Source: Ilumatobacteraceae bacterium | Lineage (GTDB): Bacteria > Actinomycetota > Acidimicrobiia > Acidimicrobiales > Ilumatobacteraceae | NCBI GenBank assembly: GCA_016463105.1 | Contig: JAEMRY010000001.1 | Span: 1 to 47,570, forward strand | Reading direction: 5' to 3' | DNA: 47,570 nucleotides | Shown: positions 40,302 to 47,570 of the stretch, piece by piece | Layout: each line of letters opens with the position of its first letter | How positions within the stretch are numbered: position 1 is the stretch's first letter | Notes under the pieces: generated by a model | What the model was told of the DNA's origin: nothing | Database searches by the model: none | The model's input: only the letters and a program-made list of their open reading frames with translations | Position numbers and translations under genes: made by a program

Positions 40302-40861
40302 GCTGACCGCACTTTGGCTTCGCGTATTCTTTGCGCAAGTGGACTCGACGCAATGTGGCACAAAGCAATCGCTGCAGCATCGGCCGCATCGGCAGGCTTA
40401 GGAATTGTGTTAAGACCAAGTCGCTGCTTGACCATTTTCTGTACCTGCAATTTGTCTGCCGCACCCCATCCAGTGATTGCAAGTTTCACTTGATTCGGTG
40501 TGTACTGCTCAACTTGTAAACCGCGTCGAGCCGCGGCACTCAATACGAGCCCACTAACTTGTCCGACACTCATAGCAGTACGAACATTAGATTGAAAAAA
40601 AATGTGTTCGACGGCCACAACCGATGGGCTGTACTGATCCAGCAAATTATCAATTTCGATACTTATTTCTGCCAATCGCTGTGGCAATTCATGATCTGGG
40701 CTCGTGCGCAAAACACCGAGCGCAAGCATCGATATCTGTGTTGCACCTTGAACTTCTAAAACGGCGTATCCGCATCGCGTCAGACCAGGATCAATGCCCA
40801 GAACGACAGAACCCTTTATCCCATCAGCCTTATCGGCGCTCTTTGATGACGAGGCGAACAT
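40298..40861 (-). CDS. ruvC: Crossover junction endodeoxyribonuclease RuvC
   Basis: 187 aa. VLGIDPGLTRCGYAV catalytic N-terminus. Confidence 0.94.
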   Translation of the reverse strand: MFASSSKSADKADGIKGSVVLGIDPGLTRCGYAVLEVQGATQISMLALGVLRTSPDHELPQRLAEISIEIDNLLDQYSPSVVAVEHIFFQSNVRTAMSVGQVSGLVLSAAARRGLQVEQYTPNQVKLAITGWGAADKLQVQKMVKQRLGLNTIPKPADAADAAAIALCHIASSPLAQRIREAKVRSA

Positions 40862-40871
40862 ATGTTCTATC

Positions 40872-41351
40872 CTAGTCGTTGCCTGCTTGGGCGTTTGCGA
40901 TTGCTTCAGTCAGTTCGCCAACCCTTCTGAAGGTAACCCCGGTTACGGCCCGATGCACATACTTCACAATGCCTTTGGCATCAATTACGAAAATGCTGCG
41001 TCTAGATAAGCCAAATAAGCCAAGGACTCCATAATCGGCTGAAACTTGCTTATCCGTATCGGCAAGTAACGGAAACTTGAAACCATGCTTTTTCGAAAAC
41101 GCTTCATGACTGGCTACGTCTTGTGATGAGATTGCCACTACCTGTGCATCTAGATTTGCAAACTGTTCAAGTTCATTGTTATATGAGCAAAGTTGTTTTG
41201 TGCACACTGGCGTGTTGTCACCAGGGTAAAAAACTAGAACCACAGTCTTGCCAAGATATTGCGAGAGAGAATAACTTGCGCCACCTGTGCCCATTAATTT
41301 AAATTCTGGTGCTCGGCTACCAACTTCTATCGAAGATTTAGTCACTGTCAT
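40872..41351 (-). CDS. bcp: Thiol peroxidase, Bcp/PrxQ-type peroxiredoxin
   Basis: 159 aa. FYPGDNTPVCTKQLCS (peroxidatic and resolving Cys). ATGA overlap with the yebC stop. Confidence 0.9.
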   Translation of the reverse strand: MTVTKSSIEVGSRAPEFKLMGTGGASYSLSQYLGKTVVLVFYPGDNTPVCTKQLCSYNNELEQFANLDAQVVAISSQDVASHEAFSKKHGFKFPLLADTDKQVSADYGVLGLFGLSRRSIFVIDAKGIVKYVHRAVTGVTFRRVGELTEAIANAQAGND

Positions 41352-42094
41352 CCAACTTCTTGCATTAATTTTTCTGAAATATCAAAATTTGCGTACACGT
41401 CTTGAACATCATCATTGTCGTCAAGTTCATGCATGATTTTAAGAATTGCCTTGGCTTCGTCGGGGTTCGTCACTTCGACCGTATTCGACGAAAGCATCGT
41501 CGTCGTAGCCGAATTAACTGTAATTTTCGCAGCCTCGAGCGTCGTCTTCAAATCCCAAACTTGACTTGGATCACAAGTTACATGCCACATGTCTTCATCA
41601 GCAGTGATGTCTTCTAGCCCGTGATCAATGCCCACCAACATCAAGTCATCTTCGCTCACAGATTTTGCAACCAAGATCACACCTTTGCGCGCAAACTGCC
41701 AACCGACTGCTCCTGGCGCAGCCATTGCTCCACCTTGTTTAGAAAAAATAATTCGGACATCGGCCGCTGTTCGATTGCGATTGTCAGTGAGAATATCGAT
41801 CAGCATCGCAACACCGCCCGGGGCGTACGCCTCATAAGTTACTGATTCATAAACTTTGCCGTCGGTTTCTCCCATGCCTCGCTTAATTGCACGATCAATC
41901 GCATCGTTTGTCATTTGTGCTGCTTTTGCTTTTGACACCACTGTGCGCAGTGCGGCATTTATCGAAACATCTCCCCCGCCATCGCGCGCGGCAACTTCTA
42001 GCAATCGAGACAATTTGGCGAATGTTTTGCCGCGTACTTTATCAATCGCGGCTTTTTTGTGTTTAATCGTTGCCCATTTTGAGTGACCAGACAA
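41348..42094 (-). CDS. yebC: YebC/PmpR-family transcriptional regulator
   Basis: 248 aa. (M)SGHSKWATIKHKKA canonical N-terminus. The start codon is TTG, 1 nt after the pdxT stop. Confidence 0.93.
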   Translation of the reverse strand: MSGHSKWATIKHKKAAIDKVRGKTFAKLSRLLEVAARDGGGDVSINAALRTVVSKAKAAQMTNDAIDRAIKRGMGETDGKVYESVTYEAYAPGGVAMLIDILTDNRNRTAADVRIIFSKQGGAMAAPGAVGWQFARKGVILVAKSVSEDDLMLVGIDHGLEDITADEDMWHVTCDPSQVWDLKTTLEAAKITVNSATTTMLSSNTVEVTNPDEAKAILKIMHELDDNDDVQDVYANFDISEKLMQEVG

Positions 42095-42095
42095 T

Positions 42096-42689
42096 TTAAA
42101 CCCCTTTCAAAAAAAGTTCGTGTAGCCGGATGTCATTCGTAAGCTCTGGATGAAATGATGCCACCAAAATATTATTTTGCTGAGCCAGCACTACATCTTC
42201 TCCACAATATGCCAAGACCTTAACCTGCGACCCAAGCGAAGCTATTCGTGGAGCACGAATGAATACAGCGTGAAACGGACTTTTTAACGAATCAACATCA
42301 ATATCCGCTTCAAAACTGTCTACTTGACGACCGTATGCATTTCGCTGCACTTCAATATCAATCGCCCCAAACGGGGTTTGATCGTCGCGTCCATCAATGA
42401 TTTTCTTCGCCAAAAGAATCATCCCTGCACAAGTACCAAAAACAGCCATGCCTTCTTCAACACGCTTTGCGAGTGGCTCAAAAATCTCTGACGATTCAAG
42501 AAGTTGCGACATAGTTGTCGATTCTCCGCCAGGCATTACGAGCGCATTTACTGCTTCAAGATCTTGCGGCGTGCGAACTTGTCGTGTCGCAACACCAAGT
42601 TCGGTGAGTGCATCTTGGTGACGACTAAAAGCTCCCTGAAGAGCAAGAACGCCGACTACGAGAGATTTGTTGTAAGACACACCAACCAC
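42096..42689 (-). CDS. pdxT: Pyridoxal 5'-phosphate synthase glutaminase subunit PdxT
   Basis: 197 aa. Motifs GVLALQGAF, GTCAGM and FHPE. GTG start with AAGGA upstream. Confidence 0.95.
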   Translation of the reverse strand: MVGVSYNKSLVVGVLALQGAFSRHQDALTELGVATRQVRTPQDLEAVNALVMPGGESTTMSQLLESSEIFEPLAKRVEEGMAVFGTCAGMILLAKKIIDGRDDQTPFGAIDIEVQRNAYGRQVDSFEADIDVDSLKSPFHAVFIRAPRIASLGSQVKVLAYCGEDVVLAQQNNILVASFHPELTNDIRLHELFLKGV

Positions 42690-42707
42690 TTGTGGTCCTT
42701 AAGTCTC

Positions 42708-43601
42708 TTACCAGCCACGCTCTGCGAATCGTTCTTGAATATTGTCCATGCCGATGCCGGTCATCGGTGCACCCAAATTGCGACTTACTTTTGCGATTAT
42801 CTCTGCGTCGCGAAAATGGGTTGTCGCTTCAACGATTGCTTTTGCACGCGGTGCTGGGTCGTTGCTCTTAAAAATTCCGGAGCCAACGAAAACTGCTTCG
42901 GCACCCAGTTGCATCGCCAGCGCTGCGTCACTTGGAGTTGCTATTCCGCCGGCACAAAACAATGGCACTTGCAGCCAACCCGTTTCGGCAATTTCTTGCA
43001 CGAGTGGCAAAGGGGCTTGAAGACGTTTCGCCCATTCAAACAACTCAGCAGAGTCAGCCTGAGTGATTTTGCGAATATCACCGATGATCGAACGCAAGTG
43101 GCGCACAGCTTCGACGATGTTGCCTGTTCCGGCTTCGCCTTTAGAACGAATCAATGCTGCACCTTCACTGATGCGACGCAATGCTTCACCAAGATTTGTA
43201 GCACCACAAACAACTGGTGTCTTGAATAAAAATTTATCTATGTGATGTGATTCATCGGCTGGTGTCAAGACTTCGCTTTCATCAATGAAGTCAACACCCA
43301 GAGATTCAAGAACTTGTGCCTCAACGAAGTGCCCGATGCGTGCCTTGGCCATAACCGGAATTGAAACAACCGCCTGAATCTTTTCAATCATTTCTGGATC
43401 GCTCATGCGAGCAACTCCACCGTCACGACGAATATCTGCAGGCACACGCTCAAGTGCCATCACTGCACAAGCACCAGCATCTTCGGCGATCTTTGCTTGA
43501 TCAGCATTAACCACATCCATGATTACGCCGCCCTTGAGCATTTCTGCCAGACCACGCTTCACAACCATCGAACCCGTTATGTTTTTTTCGTTTTTCGCCA
43601 C
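42708..43601 (-). CDS. pdxS: Pyridoxal 5'-phosphate synthase lyase subunit PdxS
   Basis: 297 aa. [38 protein letters not shown] start with GAGG 7 nt upstream. Confidence 0.97.
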   Translation of the reverse strand: MAKNEKNITGSMVVKRGLAEMLKGGVIMDVVNADQAKIAEDAGACAVMALERVPADIRRDGGVARMSDPEMIEKIQAVVSIPVMAKARIGHFVEAQVLESLGVDFIDESEVLTPADESHHIDKFLFKTPVVCGATNLGEALRRISEGAALIRSKGEAGTGNIVEAVRHLRSIIGDIRKITQADSAELFEWAKRLQAPLPLVQEIAETGWLQVPLFCAGGIATPSDAALAMQLGAEAVFVGSGIFKSNDPAPRAKAIVEATTHFRDAEIIAKVSRNLGAPMTGIGMDNIQERFAERGW

Positions 43602-43622
43602 GACAAAACCTCTAAGTCTTGA

Positions 43623-43651
43623 AAACTATGTGCTATTCAGCGTATCCACAA
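43623..43651 (-). promoter_or_regulatory. Possible pdxS-pdxT promoter
   Basis: TTGTGG (43646..43651), 17-nt spacer, TAGTTT (43623..43628), upstream of SD GAGG (43609..43612). Confidence 0.3.
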
Positions 43652-43667
43652 CGACGCCTTTGCGCCG
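43652..43667 (-). terminator. Possible hairpin terminator without a U-tract after the DUF3048 gene
   Basis: Minus-strand RNA CGGCGC-AAAG-GCGUCG (6 bp including one G-U) lies about 25 nt after the stop. Only UU follows, so this is weak by the E. coli rule; tail-less hairpin terminators have been proposed in Actinomycetota. Confidence 0.3.
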
Positions 43668-43692
43668 ACCAGATTTTATTTAGTTCGTAAAT

Positions 43693-44778
43693 TTAGGGAT
43701 ACTTAACCGACATTGGATCAACTCCAGGCGCGAGATTCGCAGCAGACTTCGGGCGTATCACTTCTACCCATGTACGACCTGGAGTGAGTTTAATAATCTC
43801 ACCCTTTATGTCTTTAAAAATAAAAGGCTTCTCTGGATCTAGTCGCTCCCAAGTTCCTTGCACAAGCACACCAGCGGTGTAGAGCCAAACTTCGCCACTA
43901 CCTGTGGATTTGGCAACCGGGCTCGAACCAGACTTCGAATAAACAACCGACATAACTACAACATTTTGAGCGCTGACGCGAACATCCTGCATATCAACAT
44001 GCGGCTTATCGTCTTGCGAGCGTACGAAAATTAAGAGATCTGGATTCCACTCCCACATCACCTTGACGCCGTCCATCGAAATCTTTACAGCGCCAGTTGG
44101 TTTTGAATTTGTTGTAACTGCTTCAGTGTCAGCACGATATTCAAATTGAGGCAGTGGCGCTTTTGCGTCAACTGGAGCCAACGACCAAAGTTTCGTAGTT
44201 TCGGCTAATAAGTTGTGCGGCGCATTACGACTAGATTCACGGCGATACCCGCCTGCTTCATTGGCGACTGAATGACTTAAATCAACAAGCCAAGACTTAC
44301 GAATTGCTGTGGTTACTTGTTCGTTTCCACCGCTCCAAACAAACAACGGTTTATTTAACGAGCCGAGAAGATCGATGTCTTGCATCCGACCGCTGCGAAT
44401 TGGACCAACTGGGTCACTGCCTTGAGAATGAAACACTGCCGCAAAACGAGTCAACATCTCAACATTTTCTTCAAACACAATGTCGGCCTGATTAAGCCCC
44501 CACTGTGGTCGAGCCCGCGGATGATTGTCGATTTTCACAACCATCGCCGGTCGCTCAAGAACTGTTTCGTCGACCGCAGCAGCACCAGTTAGTGGTGCGC
44601 GCACGACCGGAATCGTCGTGGTTGTTGTTTCGGGGATTGTGGTTTGGGTTTCAGCAACCGAATCTTGCGTGTCTTGCGCAACAGAATCTGACGACCCACT
44701 GCAACTTGCGACAAACACGCCACCAACGACCAATAAAGCAAGACCTAATCTGCGATTACGAAGCAAGTTGCTTTGCAT
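43693..44778 (-). CDS. DUF3048-family secreted lipoprotein (YerB-like)
   Basis: 361 aa. Signal peptide with lipobox FVASC, a Thr-rich linker, then PAMVVKIDNHPRARPQWGLNQADIVFEENVEMLTRFAAVF, typical of DUF3048. It lies 3 nt after the htpX stop. Confidence 0.75.
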   Translation of the reverse strand: MQSNLLRNRRLGLALLVVGGVFVASCSGSSDSVAQDTQDSVAETQTTIPETTTTTIPVVRAPLTGAAAVDETVLERPAMVVKIDNHPRARPQWGLNQADIVFEENVEMLTRFAAVFHSQGSDPVGPIRSGRMQDIDLLGSLNKPLFVWSGGNEQVTTAIRKSWLVDLSHSVANEAGGYRRESSRNAPHNLLAETTKLWSLAPVDAKAPLPQFEYRADTEAVTTNSKPTGAVKISMDGVKVMWEWNPDLLIFVRSQDDKPHVDMQDVRVSAQNVVVMSVVYSKSGSSPVAKSTGSGEVWLYTAGVLVQGTWERLDPEKPFIFKDIKGEIIKLTPGRTWVEVIRPKSAANLAPGVDPMSVKYP

Positions 44779-44781
44779 TTT

Positions 44782-45687
44782 CTACATCTCCCTCAAGAGT
44801 GCTATTCGCTCAGAGAGCGGTGGGTGGGTATTAAACAGTTTATGAAACCCAGCCAGCCTGCCTGCGTCATTCACCCCAGACAATGGCTGTTCAATCCACA
44901 TATGAGCCGTAGCCATACTGGCTGAATGGGTGACCGTACTATCTGCCTGAAGTTTTTCAAGAGCAGAGATCAAACCTGGCGGATAACGAGTTAATTGGCA
45001 AGCCGAGACATCGGCCAATGTTTCGCGTCGACGACTAATTGATGCCTGCATTATTCGCGCAATCACTGGCGCAATTATCAGTAACGCAAAACCTACAAAA
45101 GCCAACGGATTGCTTGAATTGCGACGATCGTTGCCGCGGCTCACTCGCCCACCGTTCCACCACATCATTCGAATTGCGATGTCGGTTAGCAAGGCGATCG
45201 TGCCAACCAAAGTTACGGCAAGTGTTGATACCAAGATGTCGTAGTTGCGAATATGTGAAAGTTCGTGGGCCAAAACTCCTTCGAGTTCTACACGGTCTAG
45301 TTTTTCTAAAAGCCCAGAAGTTACTGCAACTGCAGCATTCTTCGGATTTCGACCGGTTGCAAAAGCGTTTGGCGCCGGATCATCAATTACATAGATGCGC
45401 GGCTTGGGCAAACCACCAGCGATGCATAAACCTTCAACCAAGTTATGCAATCGTTTGTATTCGATTTCATCGGCTGGCTTCGCACGACTTACGGCCAAAG
45501 CAATCACATCTGACTTCCAATATGAGGTAACTGACATCACACTCGAGATGATCAACGCAAAGACAGTACCGATAACTGGATTTCCGAGCACTAGCCCAGC
45601 TGCTGATCCGACTGCTACCAAAATCACTACAAAACTAAAAATCAGAAAAACTGTACGCCGTTTATTTGAAGCGATCAGATCATTCAT
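44782..45687 (-). CDS. htpX: Membrane zinc metalloprotease HtpX (M48B)
   Basis: 301 aa, TM helices, and an HELSHIRN (HExxH) motif. Confidence 0.92.
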   Translation of the reverse strand: MNDLIASNKRRTVFLIFSFVVILVAVGSAAGLVLGNPVIGTVFALIISSVMSVTSYWKSDVIALAVSRAKPADEIEYKRLHNLVEGLCIAGGLPKPRIYVIDDPAPNAFATGRNPKNAAVAVTSGLLEKLDRVELEGVLAHELSHIRNYDILVSTLAVTLVGTIALLTDIAIRMMWWNGGRVSRGNDRRNSSNPLAFVGFALLIIAPVIARIMQASISRRRETLADVSACQLTRYPPGLISALEKLQADSTVTHSASMATAHMWIEQPLSGVNDAGRLAGFHKLFNTHPPLSERIALLREM

Positions 45688-45708
45688 TTTTTGTCAGTCT
45701 TTCCGAAA

Positions 45709-46260
45709 TTAAAACTGCACCTTAGGCGCAGTTTTTTCGGCGTCAGTCGCCTCGAAGAAATCGTCGTCAGCAAACTTGAATATCGATGCGAACAACACAC
45801 TCGGAAAACTATGCACCGAGTTGTTGTACGCCAACACTGCGTCGTTGTAAAACTGGCGGGCGTAAGCAATTCGGCTTTCGGTGTTGCTCAGTTCTTCTTG
45901 TAAATTCAAAAAACTCGCGTTTGCTTTGAGGTCTGGATAAGCCTCAGATAAAGCGAATAATTGTCGCAAAGCGCCAGACAACGCATTGTCGGCACTTGCC
46001 TGACCGGTTGCCGTGCTCGGCGCTGCAATAGCGATGTTGCGGGCTGCAACGACATCTTGCAGCGTCTTTTGTTCAAAACTGGCATAGCCCTTAACTGTTT
46101 CAACAAGGTTAGGAATCAACTCTAAACGCCGTTTTAATTGCACATCAATCTGTGCCCATGCGTTCTTTACTTGGTTACGCCTCTGAACTAACGAGTTATA
46201 GATCATCACCGAAATTGTGATGACAGCAAACACGAGCACTAAGCCGATCCAGATTCCCAT
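45709..46260 (-). CDS. lemA: LemA-family membrane protein
   Basis: 183 aa. N-terminal TM helix followed by YNSLVQRRNQVKNAWAQIDVQLKRRLELIPNLVETVKGYA. SD GGAGG lies 7 nt upstream. Confidence 0.88.
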   Translation of the reverse strand: MGIWIGLVLVFAVITISVMIYNSLVQRRNQVKNAWAQIDVQLKRRLELIPNLVETVKGYASFEQKTLQDVVAARNIAIAAPSTATGQASADNALSGALRQLFALSEAYPDLKANASFLNLQEELSNTESRIAYARQFYNDAVLAYNNSVHSFPSVLFASIFKFADDDFFEATDAEKTAPKVQF

Positions 46261-46313
46261 GATTGACCTCCGATTAGTTCAAATATCTTTGACGATTTAT
46301 TGTAGTGCGGTAA

Positions 46314-47534
46314 CTACACACCAGAAGGCTTACGCAGAACTCGATCTGAAAATAATCTGACCATTCGACTCTTAGGTTGTAGACCAATCATGAACTGTTC
46401 TCGCTCCAGAACTGTGTGATACATCTCTAGATAGATTTCTGCGAGACGATGCATCGAAAGTTCGCTTGCGCGCACGAGTCCACCATCGCTCAACTTCTTG
46501 GCGAGTTTTTTGTCACTCAAAACACGGGTTAGCCCTTCAGCGAGTCCGAGTATGTCACCGGGCTCAACCAGCCAGGCGTTTACGTCATGGGTTCCGACAT
46601 TGCGATAACCCTCGAGCGAACTCGCTACTACTGGTGCGCCTGATGCCATTGCTTCAAGAACAACAATGCCAAAAGATTCGCTGTGCAAAGATGGAGCGCA
46701 GAAAACCGAACACTGTGCTAGTCGATTGATTTTGTCTTCGTCGGTGATCCGACCCAACCACGAGATCCGATTATCGTGCGCATATTTTGCTTTCAGCAAA
46801 GCAATGCCATCACCATCAGAGGCGACCCATAACTGACAATCGTCAGAAAGTTTGGCGAATGCCTCTAACAACTCTGCTAGCCCTTTGCGCGGCTCGTATC
46901 GCCCACAGAAGAAAATTATATTTTTGGTGCTACGAGAAATATTTGGGCGTGCATACAACTCATTTTCGATACCGTTGAACAAAATTTCATATTCACCGCC
47001 CAAATAACGATTAGCGAGTTCGTGGGCTTGCGGCGAAACAGCCACTCGCACATCTAGATGACTTGCAAGCCAGTTGACCCCTTTGTTGATTCGTCCATAC
47101 CAAACGACATCTCCGGCAGCATGAAAAGTTCCGATCATTGGCGCGAGCCTCAACACCAACGCAGTTTGTGTTGGCCCAGGTGCGATTGGTTCGTGAAGAT
47201 GCAAAATGTCAAATGCTTCATCGTTAATCGCGCGAATTGTGCGCAACGCTGCTGATGGATCGGGAGCAAGTGGTGCAGTAGATCCGTTTGCAGCAGTAGG
47301 CAAACTATTTCCGAGCGGTGTAACAAATGGTTCTGGCGGTGGCCCATCACATGGTCCAAGCACTCGCGCTTCATGTCCCATTCGGCGCAACTCGCGAGCT
47401 AATCCGAGCACTTGAGATTGAACACCACCAGGAATCGTCAAGCTGTAGGGACTAATCAATCCGATGCGCAACATTTTTTTGCGAACATACCGCGAAGACA
47501 TCAATTGATCTTGATCTGACGCGCTACTCACCAT
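46314..47534 (-). CDS. pimA: GT4 glycosyltransferase, phosphatidylinositol alpha-mannosyltransferase PimA-like
   Basis: RIGLISPYSLTIPGGVQSQVLGLARELRRMGHEARVL resembles the mycobacterial PimA N-terminus, and ESFGIVVLEAMASG is the GT4 motif. The true start may be ATG 47474 (MLRIGL) rather than 47534. Confidence 0.85.
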   Translation of the reverse strand: MVSSASDQDQLMSSRYVRKKMLRIGLISPYSLTIPGGVQSQVLGLARELRRMGHEARVLGPCDGPPPEPFVTPLGNSLPTAANGSTAPLAPDPSAALRTIRAINDEAFDILHLHEPIAPGPTQTALVLRLAPMIGTFHAAGDVVWYGRINKGVNWLASHLDVRVAVSPQAHELANRYLGGEYEILFNGIENELYARPNISRSTKNIIFFCGRYEPRKGLAELLEAFAKLSDDCQLWVASDGDGIALLKAKYAHDNRISWLGRITDEDKINRLAQCSVFCAPSLHSESFGIVVLEAMASGAPVVASSLEGYRNVGTHDVNAWLVEPGDILGLAEGLTRVLSDKKLAKKLSDGGLVRASELSMHRLAEIYLEMYHTVLEREQFMIGLQPKSRMVRLFSDRVLRKPSGV

Positions 47535-47570
47535 ATATACGGTACGACCATTGGTCGTTATTAAGACATT

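Noticed and set aside
42504-43229. 241-aa plus-strand ORF antisense to pdxT/pdxS
   Set aside because: Its codons are aligned exactly opposite the pdxS and pdxT codons, the frame in which stops arise only from sense TTA/CTA/TCA codons. The product is Cys/Arg-rich and of low plausibility, with no promoter or ribosome-binding site. It is a shadow ORF.
47544-47558. Hairpin ACGACC-ATT-GGTCGT just upstream of pimA at the window edge
   Set aside because: It has only 6 bp, a 3-nt loop and no U-tract, and the upstream context is cut off by the window end, so it cannot be interpreted.
1-47570. Search for mobile elements, CRISPR arrays, tRNA/rRNA genes, prophage or defence islands
   Set aside because: No non-coding stretch exceeds about 100 nt. 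No spaced direct repeats, integrase, transposase or nuclease-type accessory genes were seen, and every ORF has a housekeeping or conserved-DUF assignment.

Overview
This window is an almost gap-free housekeeping block. It holds 46 consecutive minus-strand CDSs plus one small convergent plus-strand CDS at the left edge. By my manual tally only about 1 kb of 47.6 kb is non-coding, and 16 same-strand junctions are overlaps (mostly ATGA/GTGA/TGATG type). In transcription order (right to left) the genes are: pimA, lemA, htpX, DUF3048 lipoprotein | pdxS, pdxT, yebC, bcp, ruvC, ruvA, ruvB, queA, tgt, yajC, secD, secF, rel | hisS, aspS, rarA, small membrane protein, alaS, ruvX, mltG, aroE, aroC, aroK, aroB, aroQ, pepQ, efp, nusB, DUF2079 membrane protein | pyrR, pyrB, pyrC, carA, carB, pyrD | mihF, gmk, rpoZ, metK, priA, def, fmt. 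MihF, PimA, a PriA without a Walker A motif, and this gene order together match the classical core synteny of Actinomycetota. The moderate GC (judged by eye, not computed) and the extreme compaction suggest a genome-streamlined member. I found no tRNA/rRNA, CRISPR array, transposase/integrase, prophage, toxin-antitoxin or recognisable defence genes. I see no convincing evidence for a new multi-gene system; this looks like an ordinary core region. The signals most worth a second look are regulatory or architectural: (1) a recurrent TANNNT box 6-8 nt upstream of start codons that lack a Shine-Dalgarno (SD) sequence, inside very short spacers, which suggests leaderless internal transcripts; (2) a PyrR-binding RNA motif next to the pyrR ribosome-binding site; (3) a class-1B-type pyrD coupled to carB with no pyrK or pyrF at the locus; (4) a triple TGACTA repeat upstream of metK; (5) an EF-P loop reading PGKGG instead of the actinobacterial PGKGP; (6) proteins of unknown function (DUF2079, DUF3048, an 80-aa membrane protein, a DUF1844-like protein) embedded in the conserved synteny. 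The ORF track uses ATG/GTG/TTG and reports the longest ORF. I trimmed several N-termini (def, rpoZ, nusB, aroC, ruvX, alaS, ruvA, and the plus-strand gene) using homology-typical N-termini, ribosome-binding sites and neighbouring stop codons.
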